Program-made: the position numbers and the translations under genes
Shown here: positions 24,036 to 37,691 of the stretch, piece by piece
Layout of the letters: every line of letters begins with the position of its first letter
Numbering within the stretch: position 1 is the first letter of the stretch
Notes under the pieces: model-generated
Database searches by the model: none
What the model was told of the DNA's origin: nothing
The model's input: the letters and a program-made list of their open reading frames with translations, nothing else
Source: Octopus vulgaris
Taxonomy: Eukaryota
DNA length: 64,000 bases
Assembly: GCA_951406725.2 (NCBI GenBank)
Contig: OX597830.1
Coordinates: forward strand, 40,920,001 to 40,984,000
Direction of reading: 5' to 3'

Positions 24036-25206
24036 GTTGAGGCAAGTTTCTTGTAATAATGTTGTTGATTGTAGATTTGATGCTCTCTCTGATTTTTTAT
24101 TTATTTATTTTGTTTTTACATTGTTCTTTTTGTAGCTGTTGTTGTTTAACCCCTTGTCAGTCCTGATTGAGTGGATCTATTATCAAAGGCATTCCAGCCA
24201 TGATCATTCCATCTTACCATCTTTTTCTATGTGTAGGGAATCTAAAATTGCATTATGTAATGTGTCCTTTTCAAGAAGATTGCAGGGTGCAATTTGAGAG
24301 ATTTGGTTGCTATTTCTAGCAGGTTCACTGATAGAAATGTAAAGGTCTATGTTTTAGGTTAAAATATTGTATTTATCAAACCAATTTCATCAGCTATTGG
24401 TTGCATGATGATAATTTGTTAGATAGGTACAAAAGATCTCTTAACTCTTAACAGATCTCCTAACTCTGACTTCCAGTGCTGACAAGTAGGAAATTTCTAC
24501 TAATTTTGCTTAGTTATTACAGAAGGTCTTAGTGCTTTTTTAATTCTGTATTCTATGACCCATCAAAACGTTTCAATTTAGTGGCACCCTCATGAACAGA
24601 GTAGATAAAGTGTTGAATTTTCAACTCTGCTAAACCTTTTCGTACCAGCTTCCCTGGGACACCTGTTGGTTCTGCTATATAAGTTTTCTGACTTATGATC
24701 TAAATTAAGACCTTAAATCAATATTTCAGGTTAATTTCTAAACATTGTATTTGTCCCATATATGAGTGAACATTGTAGATAGTCTAAATATTTGGTGTAA
24801 ACTTTTAAACATCATCACAGTCTTTTTAAATCCTGCTGTATTTCACATGAAATTTCTGGTCCTTCACGTCTTGGTATACATGTTAACTTACCTTGTTAGG
24901 CAGTAAATTTTGATCTGAGAAATACAGTATAACAATGGCAAGGCTAGTCTATTAAATTCTTTATTATTTTCACAATTAATTGTAACAATGGCAGTGTATT
25001 TCAACAGAAATATGGTAACAAAAGTTTAATTCACTGCAAATTCTATTGAAAGTAATAGAATTTATTAAACATAACCATTATGCAAGTAGTGTGGGTAGTT
25101 CTATAATGACCCAGTCCCATCAAAGAAATTCACTGCAGTATTGCAAGTTGATGAAACAATTGTTAATGATTGAGTGCATCTGTTGTTTACAATATTAAGC
25201 TGTACC

Positions 25207-25419
25207 TACCGTATTTTCCAGCATACAAGTCGATGTAGTATATAGTGTATACATGTAGTGTAAAAACATTCAGATGTTGTCACTGTCTTTCCAAATCCTA
25301 CTGCATTTCACATGTAAGTTTTTGTCCTCTAAAGTTGTCCTGTTGTATAAGGTAACCTACCTGTTTTGGCTGTAATTTTTTGTCTGAAACATTCGACTTG
25401 TATTCTAGAAAACATGATA
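25207..25419. mobile_element. pogo/Tigger-like (Tc1/mariner) MITE
   Basis: TA|CCGTATTTTCCAGCATACAAGTCGA ... TCGACTTGTATTCTAGAAAACATGA|TA imperfect TIRs; copies at 12079 and ~24770. Confidence 0.75.
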
Positions 25420-25914
25420 CCTAAAACTATGTGGACTTAGTCAATGAAGGCTTTAGCTGTGGACAACGTCCAGCTCATGTAGCAGAATATGAAACAATCA
25501 GCTATTTGGTCACTCATTGAGCTCCTTCATCACATTAGGCTGTCAGAGAGCCCTACATGGTCATTTGCCCAGCTAGAAATGACATCTACATTTCTCTCAG
25601 ATCACATTCTGCCATCTTTTATAGAAGGTCAATCCACATTAAATAAAGTAGTCCTGCAGGCCCCTAAAATAGATGAGATGATAATGGAAGGGAAGACCTA
25701 TTGCTCCAGACTTGGTCAATCAGATTTGAACTGGGGCTAAAAAGAAATAACTTTGAGAGCTACAACTCTGCTTAAGTGCTGTAATGTGGCCTGCAAAACT
25801 TAGATCTAAAGTGCAGAACAACCATTTATAATGCCAAAAAAGAATGTCATCATAATCACTATTTCATTCAGATGATGATGAACATGAAATATCAACATAC
25901 ATGCTTACATACAC

Positions 25915-26460
25915 GCATAACAGGCTTCTTTCAGTTTCCATCTGCTAAATTCACTCACAAGACACTGGTCAGCACAGGGCCTTGGTAAAAGACAGTTGCC
26001 CAAGGTGCCACACAGGACTAGATCCAAAACCACACGGTTTCAGAATGAATTTCTTTACCGCATTCTCATCTTCATTCATGCGTCTATGCATACATGCATG
26101 TATGTTTGTATGTGTGTGTATCAGGGTGCATGACCTAGTGGTTTTGGTCTTGCATTCATGACCAAATGGTTGTGGTTCCAATTCCTGGATCAGGCAATCT
26201 GTTGTGTTCTTGAAAAAAAACCCCACTTCATTTCACATTGATCTGCAATCACTTCAACATCAGACATGTGGCACACCATGCACCTGTACAGGTACTATCG
26301 ATTTGATGGAGGGAGTGAGTGAGCTAATGTATGGCACCAATACTTGATCACTATAAACGAATAATCTGTGCAGGATATTCAGCAAGAAATCCTGGGGTTG
26401 ATTTGCTCGACTAAATGTGGTGCTCTAGCATGGCTGCAGTCAGATGACTGAAACAAGTAA

Positions 26461-26509
<49 letters not shown>

Positions 26510-26740
26510 ATATCTATGTGTGTGTTTGTGTCTGTGTTTGTCCCCCACGACTTTTTGACAATAGGTGATGGTGTGTTTATGTCCCCTTAACTTAGCATTT
26601 TGACAAAAGAGATCAATAGAATAAGTTCCAGACTTGAAAAAAAAGTAAGTACCAGGGTTGATCCATTTAACTAAAAGTTTTTCAAGGCAGTGCCCCAGCA
26701 TGGCCACAACCTAATGACTGATGCAAGTAAAAGGTAAAGC
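25915..26740. mobile_element. Cluster of SINEs (family B minus, family E plus, family B 3' halves)
   Basis: Similarity to intact copies at 30679, 35568 and 56517. Confidence 0.7.
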
Positions 26741-27807
26741 ATATTATGAAAAGAAGAGAGCCAAGGTCTTTGGTGGCGCTGGTGGTGATGGTAGAGTAAT
26801 TCACTCAGCTACTTTGGAGCTTCCGCTGCAAATGTCCTTGTACCAATTTAAAGAAAATTAGCTCCACCTTAGGAATGTTTTATATCATACTAAACTTTGG
26901 CCAATGTGGAATCAATGTATTTTTTTTGGTTTTGTTTTTACTTTTTCTGTTATTTTCTTGTATATTTCTTACCTTTTCTATAATTTTTTCTCATTAACCT
27001 GATGGAACCTCAATTGGGCATATCAGCATGTTTTTTTTTTTTTTCTGTTTTACATACATGTGGAGATCATATTTTATCTTTCATCTTCAGATATGAGTGA
27101 CCTCCACCATCATCACCACTGCCACCACCTCCTACCCCCACTCCCTCCCCGAAGCAACCACAACCGAAATCCTTAATCAATAATCCTATTATTGTTTATG
27201 ATAATTCACCATTTCTAAATAGGTCAGAATCTGGGGCTGGGAATTAGATATTTTAGTCTTATGCTAGCTCTGATTTTCTGATATTCTGTTATATATATAT
27301 GTTCTTTTTAGGAACGCCAATAATACGTGCGTGTGTGTATGTGTGTGTGTGTGTGTGTGTGTATACATGTGTAGAACAGATCTCATATTGATTTCTTTTC
27401 ATGATTTTTTTTGGTGTGCTTTTGTTTAGTTATGTTTATGTATATTCTTTTTTTTTTTTTAGGTTGGGTTGAAGATGTTTTCTGATTTGTTTCACACCTT
27501 CATTTCCTTCCCTTAATTCACATGTATACACTGTGTGTATGTGTGTGTGTGTGTGTGTTTGGGGCAGGGGAAAGAGAGATGCGTATAAGGTTACAGTTAT
27601 GTACCTCTGTATGTGTTCAGATGTGTGTGTCTTATTTATACACTCTATCTCTCTCTCACACACACACATGTATATATTGTGTGTGTGTGTATTTATATAT
27701 ATATATATATAGATAGATAGTTACACATGCACTTGTGTGTGTGTATGTATACTGGGGCAGAAGGAGAGGGAAGGAGGCAAAAAGAGACTTACATATATGT
27801 ATGTGTA

Positions 27808-27861
<54 letters not shown>

Positions 27862-27982
27862 ACACACACATTTCTCTTTCCCTCCCTCCCTTTCTGTATC
27901 AGTGTGTATGTATGTTTTATATATATATATATATAAAATATACACACACTGAGACAGAGAAGGAGGGAAGGAAAGAGAGAAA

Positions 27983-28050
<68 letters not shown>

Positions 28051-28067
28051 AAACACATGCACACACA

Positions 28068-28113
<46 letters not shown>

Positions 28114-29171
28114 TACAAATGTCTTTCTGTTATATTAGTGCTGAAAGACATACAAAGAGTGTAAAGATAGCTGGGGTGAGGTGTAGAGCAGAGAAGAGAT
28201 GCCTACCTTTTGAATTCAGTTGTTATCTAAATATACAATTCCCAAGGTAATGGCATAGTTAGACTCACTGACAAATGTGCCATCTTTTATTTTACTTCAT
28301 TTCATTTTATTTTCGTCAGAGAAGGAGGCCTGCTTCTATTTCTCTTTACAAGTCAGCAGATAGGAAGAAAAAGAAGAAAAAAAATGAAGAGGGCTGCTAA
28401 AAAATAATTTTTGAAGTCTTAACCTTATGTGCTGCTGCTGCTGTTTTTTTTTTACTTTATTTTTATCTTATTTTATGTATTTTTTTCTTAATATTTGTGT
28501 GAAATTGTTCCAATTTGTCTTGTTGGTTATTCTGTTGCCTCATTTATATATATATCTGCTTGTCTATATATTTCACTTTCTGTTTTCATCACAGTAACTG
28601 TTTCTTAATATATATAGGTTGTTAGGTACATATATATATATATATATATATACCTGTCTAATTACTGATGCATGTATATATGTGTGTGTGTACTCAGACT
28701 TACCTATATACCTACTTACATATTTATATATATATAAATATATATTTATGCATACCTACCTACTTGTATATATGTATGGATGTTTTTCTTCTTTCTTTCA
28801 ATGAATTTGTTGCTGTTATTGTAGTTGTCTTCTCTGATTTAAGATATATTCTCTTAAATTGTAGACCAATGAATTCTTAACTTCTCATATACAAGTAACA
28901 AGGTTATAAAGTATTACTCTATTAAAAAACTTACTGAATGTGTAATTGCTCTGAAAATGCCATCTGCATGAAACACATGAAATTAATTTACTGCCAGCAC
29001 ATTTGGTGTTGCAAAGAATAAAAATCTAATTAGCAATACTTATGTAGTGAAGAAAAGAAAAATGTTAGTATAATGACTAATGTAATTGTAATTATTTCCA
29101 AAAAATATGGGAGGCAACTCTGGGCATGTTTTATAGATTCAGTGAGTGTATGTGTATGTATGCACAATAAC

Positions 29172-29218
<47 letters not shown>

Positions 29219-29237
29219 CAGACATGGCTGTGTGATG

Positions 29238-29640
29238 TGGAGGTGCATGGTTTAGTGGATTCATGGTTATAAGATTGTGGTTTCTATTCCTGGACTGGGC
29301 AATGTGTTGTGTTTTTGAGCAAATCACTCCATTTCATACTGCTCCAGTTCACTCAGCTGGCAAAAGTGGGTAATCCTGTGAGGGACCAGTGTCCCATATA
29401 GTGAGGACTATATATGCCAGAAAAACCAGGGAAACTGACCCCATGCTTCTTACAGAGTAATGTGGCCTAACCAACCCACCAACTATGGCTTTGTGGTTAG
29501 AAGCTCGCATGCAACCACATGGTTCTGGGTTCAATCCCACTGTGTGGCACCTCAGGCAAGTGACTTCTACTATAGTCATGGGGCAAATAAAGCCTTGTGG
29601 TGAATTTGGTCAATGGAAACTGAAAGAAGCTTGTTTTACA
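29238..29640 (+). mobile_element. Family E SINE followed by a family B SINE head
   Basis: ggaggtgcatggtttagtgg...ttgagcaa; tggctttgtggttagaagc...gggttcaatccc. Confidence 0.7.
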
Positions 29641-29861
29641 TGTATAGTTTGATCAATTAATATATACACTTCATCTCACATTGCTCTTTGATTACTTCAA
29701 CACCCAATGCATGGCATACCTGTTGCACTTGTTCAGGCACAATTGATTTGATGGAAGGAGTGAGCTAATGTGTGGTACAAACATTTGATCACTTTAGACA
29801 AATCATTTGGCAAAAGCTGAACACTTATACATTGTCTTTGACAGGAGAGTCTATTATCATA

Positions 29862-29907
<46 letters not shown>

Positions 29908-30032
29908 TATATTCAAATATGTAAGGAATGGCCATAATAGGACATTCGACTCACTAGAAAGAGCAGCCAAACTCCAAACCACTAATAGTTGTAATTCTGA
30001 AATGGAAAGAGAAATAAAAACGTTTACCCTCT

Positions 30033-30127
30033 CCTTTTTGGACTATGCATAGTTTCGGCAAACTTTAGTAAATAAATTAATTAAATTGAATTTATTTACA
30101 ACTGGCATTACCTCTTCAGCAGAAAAG
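30033..30127 (-). ncRNA. Type I hammerhead ribozyme with extended stem II, intact core
   Basis: CUUUUCUG-CUGAAGA-GGUAA...GUAAAUAAAUU/AAUUUAUUUAC...UUGCC-GAAA-CUAUGCAUAG-UC|CAAAAAGG. 12-nt palindrome ACUAUGCAUAGU; stem I is 8 bp with one C.A mismatch. Confidence 0.85.
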
Positions 30128-30367
30128 CCAAGGACTAACATATATTCACGAGGCGATAATGAGCATGCCTGGTGTCTATATGCTATAAATTTTCAAAATG
30201 CACCACACTCGCGCGGTTTTCTCAGCAGCAAATATAAACTGCCAATTTAATTTCAAAATTAGCCAAAAAATCATCAATTAATAAACCTTTTTTTTGCTAC
30301 CCTAAGATTTATTAATATATATATATATATATAATTATATATTTTTATAAATATTTAGCAGAAGCAA

Positions 30368-30403
30368 GAGTGACTCAAGGCTCAAGAGTTTCTTGCATTG
30401 GCA

Positions 30404-30405
<2 letters not shown>
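30368..30405 (-). other. 3' half of a hammerhead motif truncated at (TA)n
   Basis: GAAA-CUC(UUGAGCCUU)GAG-UC-ACUC; the CUGANGA half is absent and replaced by the TA array. Confidence 0.4.
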
Positions 30406-30437
<32 letters not shown>

Positions 30438-30582
30438 GAAAAAGATCTCATGCAAACTAGAATGACACATATATTTTTACATAAGCATACATACGTACAT
30501 ATATACATAGTATATATGTATGTGTGTGTGTTGTGTTCCATTACTTGATAAATGAAAAAATATATAAACAAATGATGTAAAG

Positions 30583-30672
30583 TATACTGAATGTAAAAAC
30601 GAATGGGAGAGATAATTGATTAAGATTTACAGACCTACTGTTTGTCTCCCATTCATTTTTACATTCAGTATA
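30583..30672. repeat. 28-bp inverted repeat with 34-bp spacer
   Basis: tatactgaatgtaaaaacgaatgggaga / tctcccattcatttttacattcagtata (1 mismatch). Confidence 0.9.
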
Positions 30673-30678
30673 TGTTAC

Positions 30679-31081
30679 TCTCTCTTTACTCTTTTACTTG
30701 TTTCAGTCATTTGACTGCGGCCATGCTGGAGCACCGCCTTTAGTCGAGCAAATCGACCCCCGGGACTTATTCTTTGTAAGCCCAGTACTTATTCTATCGG
30801 TCTCTTTTGCCGAACCGCTAAGTGACGGGGACGTAAACACACAAGCATCGGTTGTCAAGCAACACAGGGGACACACAACACACAAACACATATATATATA
30901 TATATACATATATACGACAGGCTTCTTTCAGTTTCCGTCTACCAAATCCACTCACAAGGCATTGGTCAGCCCAGGGGTATAGCAAAAAGACACTTGCCCA
31001 AGATGCCACGCAGTGGGACTGAAGCCGGAACCATGTGGTTGGTTAGCAAGGTACTTACCACACAGCCACTCCTGCGCCTAT
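30679..31081 (-). mobile_element. Full-length family B tRNA-derived SINE with 8-bp TSD
   Basis: Head ggcgcaggagtggctgtgtggtaag, internal (TA/TG)n, tail gtaaaagagtaaagag; TSD tatgttac at 30671-30678 and 31082-31089. Confidence 0.92.
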
Positions 31082-32015
31082 TATGTTACATAATTTGTTT
31101 ATACATTTTTTCCCCTTTGTATATATATGTGTGTGTGTGTGTGTGTGTTCCAAAATATGTGTACATCAGGATGATGAATATTGAATATGTGGCAATGCTT
31201 ATATAGTAACTGTTAAAAAGTTTGTCATATTTTGTGTATATGTTTATGATGTATGTATGTGTTTTTGTGTCTGTGATTATATCTTTTGGCAATAGACATA
31301 AAGAGCAATGAGAAAATGCACCTGGCTGAAGAAACGCACTTTTATCACCCTCGATGTCATTGACCTGTGAATCAAACCAGTGATTGACCTGTGGCACTCA
31401 TATAACAAACAACTCTATTGTTCATTCACATCATGTAATATAGAAGAGAAATATATATTCATAACACAAACACTCACCCAACACCCCCCACCCCCACCCC
31501 CACACACATACAAAGTATGGGGCTTCAGTTCACAGGTGATCTAAATGATTAGGTATGCTAGGTAAAGTTCTATAACGGATTACTGGAGCTTCAAGATTAA
31601 TATATATACGTGTGTGTGTGTGTATGAGTTAGAGGTTAGACAACCATCTAAGGGATAATAAATATCCTCTATACTACTGGATGGATCTCTATATGTATCC
31701 AAATGCTTACTGTTGTAAAGCAATAGTACAATTGAATAATAGTTATGTGTGGAGGTAAAGAAAAGTTTAACCAGAATTTATAAGGAAAAGAAGAAAATAG
31801 AGAATATTATTAATTGACAAACATCTTCTCAATTTTCTTCCTTGCCTTATATATATATGTATGTATGTATATATACACATTATACATTCATATGTGTGTG
31901 TGATTAAATATATACACATATGCACTTGTATGCATATGTTTTGATGCATACCTAAGTATTTTTATATGTATATGTACATACATATGTATTTAATTTATGT
32001 AGATGTATATCTTTC

Positions 32016-32051
<36 letters not shown>

Positions 32052-32576
32052 CATACATACACACATGTATGTATGTATCTATCTATATATACATATATAT
32101 ATATATATATAATGTATTTACATACGCATGTTTACACGCTTGTATATACATATATACATACATACATACATATATATATATGTATATACACACACATAGA
32201 CACATACATGCACACACATATACACACCCAAACACACACTAGACATTCCAGATATCTTAGTTGCATCCCTGATTCTTTTGTTGATAATGTTGGAACATAT
32301 AGCTCTTTATTGCTATGGTTAGTTTTGAGTCAGATCCAATTGGATCATAGGTCTGGTCTTATAAAATTAATCTTTACGTAGCATGTCTTGGATAAGTCAG
32401 CTTCACTAAATTGTTATTCTTCCATTTCCTCATATGATATTTTTTTATGTTAAACTCTGCACTGCAATATAGAAAAAAACAGAACTAGTAATGCTGACAT
32501 CAGTAATGTGTAGTATTTGTCATAACTATTTTCAGCTGCATTTACTAATAAACTAATGAATTTAAGCTCTAAATGT

Positions 32577-32622
<46 letters not shown>

Positions 32623-32626
<4 letters not shown>

Positions 32627-32770
32627 TTTGACCGACCAGTCCGTCAGGCGTCCATTTGACACCGCTGGTCACAGCACGCTGTCCACCCCTCTCTGGATCG
32701 CGCCTTTCTCATCCACGTGATCCCAATCGTCCTCTTGAAATCGTCACTCCACCGTCGTGGAGGTCTTCCG

Positions 32771-32772
<2 letters not shown>
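32623..32772 (-). mobile_element. Young RTE-clade LINE 3' end inserted in (TA)n
   Basis: Minus-strand PGRPPRRWSDDFKRTIGITWMRKARSREGWTACCDQRCQMDA* matches the RTE C-terminal GRPxxRWxD...WxxxAxxRxxW. GC/CpG-rich and flanked by pure TA runs. Confidence 0.85.
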
Positions 32773-32813
<41 letters not shown>

Positions 32814-32882
32814 TTATTTATTTATTTATTGCTTAGGCATTGTCATACTAATAACCTGGAGTTAGAAACTCAATATACATAT

Positions 32883-32958
32883 GCTTCAGAACAAAGCCTA
32901 AGTCATGTACAGTGCATACATGAGTACATTACACCATATAGCAGAAACAGCTGTAAGC
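32883..32958 (+). other. Highly degenerate hammerhead-like remnant
   Basis: GCUU-CAGAACA...GAAA-CAGCUG-U-AAGC. The palindrome ACAGCUGU and stem I are retained; the core is mutated. Confidence 0.35.
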
Positions 32959-33005
32959 TAATGAAGTTCATAATGTAATTGTTTATTCCTTTATCATCTC
33001 AATTT

Positions 33006-33043
<38 letters not shown>

Positions 33044-33900
33044 TGAGGGAAAAACAAGAAGAAAATGGAAAATAAATGGATGTAATTACTAATTTTTATG
33101 TATGTTGTAGAAAGATGATGTCTTTTTTTTAAAATTGTTTTTGTTCAGATTTGGCTGGTTTTTACAGCTGATGCCCTTCCAAATGCCAACCACTTAACAG
33201 TGTGGACTGGATGCTTCTTACATGACACCAGCACTGTCAGGGTCATCAAAGTAACTTACAAGACAAAGGTCTTTTGAGAGAGGCAGGGGCATCGGAAGAA
33301 GTTATCTTGTGTCAGATGATGAAAGGTTATAGTGAGACAGAGAGAAAGAAACAGATTGTAAATCTTAATATCAACTGTTCATATTCTGAGTTCAAATCCC
33401 ACTTTTGTCAACTTTGCCTTTCCTTGATCCAGAGTTGATAATGTAAAGTACTGGTCAAATACTGGGATGGATTTAATTGACCATACGGTTCCTTCTTCCT
33501 CTCTCACCAAATCTATGATCCTTTACCAGTATTAGAGACCAATATTTATAATCGACATCAACTCATGGAATACTGGCTCTTCGTCAGTTGTGACAACGAG
33601 GGCTTCAGCTGATCCGGTCAATAGAACATGCAGGTATGCATGTCTGTGGAGTTCTGAGAGAGATTCAGTATGACATACAATGTCACAAGGCTTCCCCTTT
33701 TAATTACAAACACAACTCATTTTTTCCCAGCTGAATGAACTGGAGCAATGTGAAATAAAGTGTCTTGCTCAAGGTCACAATGCACTACTGGTTATCAAAG
33801 CATACGATCATTAGCCGAATACCCCCAACTAGTGAGTCATCCACATTCATTACTCCTGGAATAATTATGGAATTAAATTACCTTTTTAATCTACCATCTT

Positions 33901-34114
33901 TTAACCCTTTCCTTTTTGTGTTTATTTTGAGATGCTCTGTGTTTCTTTCAATTAATTTTAAATATAACAAAGAATTTAGTAAAATAACTTAGTTATCATT
34001 AAGCTAGTGTTAGGCACATAAATTGGGACTAAGGTTTGGTCGAAGATTTTTAATTCAAAACTTATGAAAACAAGATATTTGTACATAGAGCCAGGTTGGT
34101 AATGAAAGGGTTAA
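33901..34114. mobile_element. Second piggyBac-like MITE family
   Basis: TTAA|CCCTTTC ... GAAAGGG|TTAA; related sequence at ~20630-20846. Confidence 0.8.
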
Positions 34115-35225
34115 TTATTGTGTTTCAAACTTGACACCTCGAATATTTTAACTAATTTCAGTTCATGTTACAACTAATAGTACGAGTTGTGTATGCTGCA
34201 GAAAGTTAGTCATCAATTGAAAGAAAATTGAGTCGATTCAGTGTTGATGCAGAAAAGAGAGAAAACAGTTTAGTTTGAGCTAAAACTTTCTAAGCATTTA
34301 AGTATTGCACATTCTTTATTAAAAATACCTATATATGCTATTTTGCATGTGTGTGTATGTGTATATAAAAAACTAAAAGTTAAGTGTGTATATATATATA
34401 TATATGTATATGTGTGTTTGTGTATGTGTACGTTTGTATGTGTATATATGTATGTTTATATATCTCTATGTATATATCTGCTTATATATATACATATATG
34501 TGTGTACACGTATTTATACATTTAAGCACACATCCCTCATATATCCCCACATACCACCACCACCCACCCTGCACATGTACCCCCACCCACAGAATATGTA
34601 GCATTTATGAATGTTATTTGGAAATTTCTTTTTGGTAATACAGTGTAAACAACATTTCTCCATCTAATTTGCCATTTCGTTGAGAAGTCAAGGTAATTTG
34701 TAGATGTTTTAAATTTAATATTTTTATATTTCTTTTATCATTATTCTTATTGTTATTATTATTCCACTACCAAGATATCAAAATATCTTTACTAGTAATT
34801 TCAAAATTTTGTTGCCTTTTAATGTATTTTGAAAAATCTTTTCTTTAGACTTGCTATTTAGAAACGAAAGAAAGACTATGAGCTAATAATTTTGAAAGTG
34901 AAGCAATGATAATTATTCAAAGATTTCAGACTTTCAATTATTTCTATTTAACAATAGGCATTGTTTAAATGTCAGCATTTTCTAAATTTTCTGTTTGCTC
35001 TTACATTTCATATGATTTGCAGTTGATTTTTTTTTTCTTTTGTTTGTTTGTTCCTTCTTCTTCTCCTACATGATCTAAAACTTAAAGTGAGCCGAAATTG
35101 ACTATTTTTATAGTCTTGGCTGAAACATTTATTTCAACTTGAAAAGATCACTGAAAACTGAATAAACATAAAATTTATAATCTGTTTTGAGATTATTATA
35201 ATAATACATCAAAGGTATCTAAGTT

Positions 35226-35291
<66 letters not shown>

Positions 35292-35567
35292 TACACACAC
35301 ATGCATATACGCAAGCACATGTCTAATTTGTGATATTGGCATTTAGAATCTATCTCATACAAGTTCTAATGTTAAAATGGTAGAACTTTCCTTCACTGGA
35401 GTTGCTGCATAAAATTCTGCTTGCCTTTGACTCAACAGCTAGATTACTAGAAATTGGACAGTTAAGATATATTATCATTTTGTGCTACAGAGAGAAATGG
35501 AGTAGTAGAGTCCAGAGCATGTTGGGCTAAACATCTTGCATATGTATATAAAATATATATATACATA

Positions 35568-35956
35568 GGCACAGGAGTGGCTGTGTGGTAAATAGCTTGC
35601 TTATCACCACATGGTTCTGGGTTCAGTCCCACTGTGTGGCGCCTTTAACTAGTATCTTCTACTAAAACCTCAGGCCAACCAAAGCCTTGTGAATGGATTT
35701 GGTAGACAGAATCTGAAAGAAGCCTGTTGTATACACACACACACACACATGTATATATATGTATGTGTGTTTGTCCCCCAAACATTGCTTGACAACTGAT
35801 GTTGGTGTGTTTATGTCCCTGTAACTTAGTGGTTTGGCAAAAGAGACCAATAGAATAAGTACTAAGCTTACAGAGAATAAGTCCTGGAGTCAATTTGCTC
35901 AACTAAAGGCAGTGCTCCAGCACGGCCACAGTCAAATGACTGAAAAAAGTAAAAGA
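35568..35956 (+). mobile_element. Full-length family B SINE
   Basis: Colinear with the 30679-31081 copy. Confidence 0.9.
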
Positions 35957-37180
35957 ATATATATATATATACATGCACATATGCAAGTAGATGTGCGGTA
36001 ACAAGTTTGGTTCCCAATCGCATGGTCTTGGGTTCAGCCCCTGGCTGACCGAAGCCTTGTGAATGAATGTGGTTGATGGGAACCAAAACAGGCCCATTGT
36101 ATATGTATTTGTGTTTGTATATAAAATGTATGTATGTATGTATGTATGTTACCATCTCCTTGCCTTGACATTGCATGATAGTTGTCAGTGAATGTCACTG
36201 CCATGTAAGTAGTGTCCTCTATTTCCAATCTTCTTTGGAAACATATCTGCTGATGAGGAAATATTATCATTCTTGGAAACAGATAAGGGTTGGCAACAAG
36301 AAGGGCATCCAGCCCAAAAAAATCCACATCAACAAATCCCATCTGATGCAGGCAAACACAGGCAAATGTGGGCATTAAAACAATGATAAGTATATTATTA
36401 CATCTCTTTATGTTCTGTGTTCATATTCTGGCAAGATGGACTTTTCCTTCCAAAATTCTACAGATGTTTAAATAAATGCCAGACACATATGTATTCAAGG
36501 ATGAGATCAATTGACTACACATCCTTTACTTACCAAATGTCAGTCTTCTACCCAGATGAGGAATCATTATTATAGATTGTTATTTAGGCTCTGATGCCTT
36601 AATTATCTCTAAATCTGTTAATCCATAAATCGTTCTACATTGTCGTTATGACCAGTATTCTTAACTAACATTTGTTTTTCAAAGAGAAATCGAATCAAAT
36701 TATTTATGGGTTTTTCTGCATTGCAGATTGTATATAAATAAACTGACCATAAGTTCACAAGTTTTTCTGCCCCGGGAAGCATAAATGATTTGTGCAGTGT
36801 GGTTGAGCTATGCATACTCTGTGATATACACTCCCTCCACAGACCATATGTTATTAAGAATGACATGGCCAGTAACCAGTTGACATTTCTCAGAAAAATA
36901 TGTACACATCTACCATGTACTGTGTCATTAGTTTGTGCTCTTTGACTTTCATGGTTTCTTCTCTCAGACTTTCAGAAACCGTTTTTTGTATTATATAACA
37001 CAAAAATCATCATTATTAGTTTTGATATTTCGTCATAACGATATAAGTTAGATCTAACATCTGTGAAGCTTAACATTTTTAGATCTAATCTAACCTCCTT
37101 TATGTTGGGTCTTTCTGGGCCTCTCTCTCTTGCGACAACTTTTTTTCACATTTTATAGCTATTCTTCATCTACCTTATAT

Positions 37181-37691
37181 CATCATCATCACTTAACGCC
37201 CATTTTCTATACTGACACGGGCTGGACAACTTGACAGGAACTGGCAAGGCCAGGGGCTGCACCAGATTCCATTGTTTTGGCTTGATTTCTACAGCTGGAT
37301 GCCCTTCTGAACACCAATCACTTTACAGAGTGGACTGGTTGCTTTTTACATGGCACCAGCACCAACACCAATGTTTTTTACGTGATACCTTGGTTTTAGG
37401 ATATCAATTCAGTTGTGGTGGGCAGGTCTTCTTAAGTACAGACATATGCCACATATCTCGGTCTCCTGCCATCTCCTTCATAAGGCTCAGTGTTTTGAGA
37501 TTGACCTCCAATACTTTGTCCTATGTCTTTCTGGGTTTGCCTCTTCCACAGCTTCCCTCCTTTATACAACTCTCTTCATCCATACGCATCACTTGACCAA
37601 ACCAGTGCTGTCTCCTCTCTTGCGCACTGAATATAATTCCTCTTGTGCCTAATTTTTCTCTCAATACACTAGCGCTCTGTCACACACGTAC
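37181..37691 (-). mobile_element. 5'-truncated RTE LINE (ORF2 C-terminus, 3' UTR, (GAT)n tail) with TSD
   Basis: LREKLGTRGIIFSAQERRQHWFGQVMRMDEESCIKEGSCGRGKPRKT*DKVLEVNLKTLSLMKEMAGDRDMW; TSD accttatat at 37172-37180 and 37692-37700. Confidence 0.9.

Noticed and set aside
27055-27100. Minus-strand CTGAAGA-T-GAAA
   Set aside because: No stem II and no convincing stem III or cleavage triplet.
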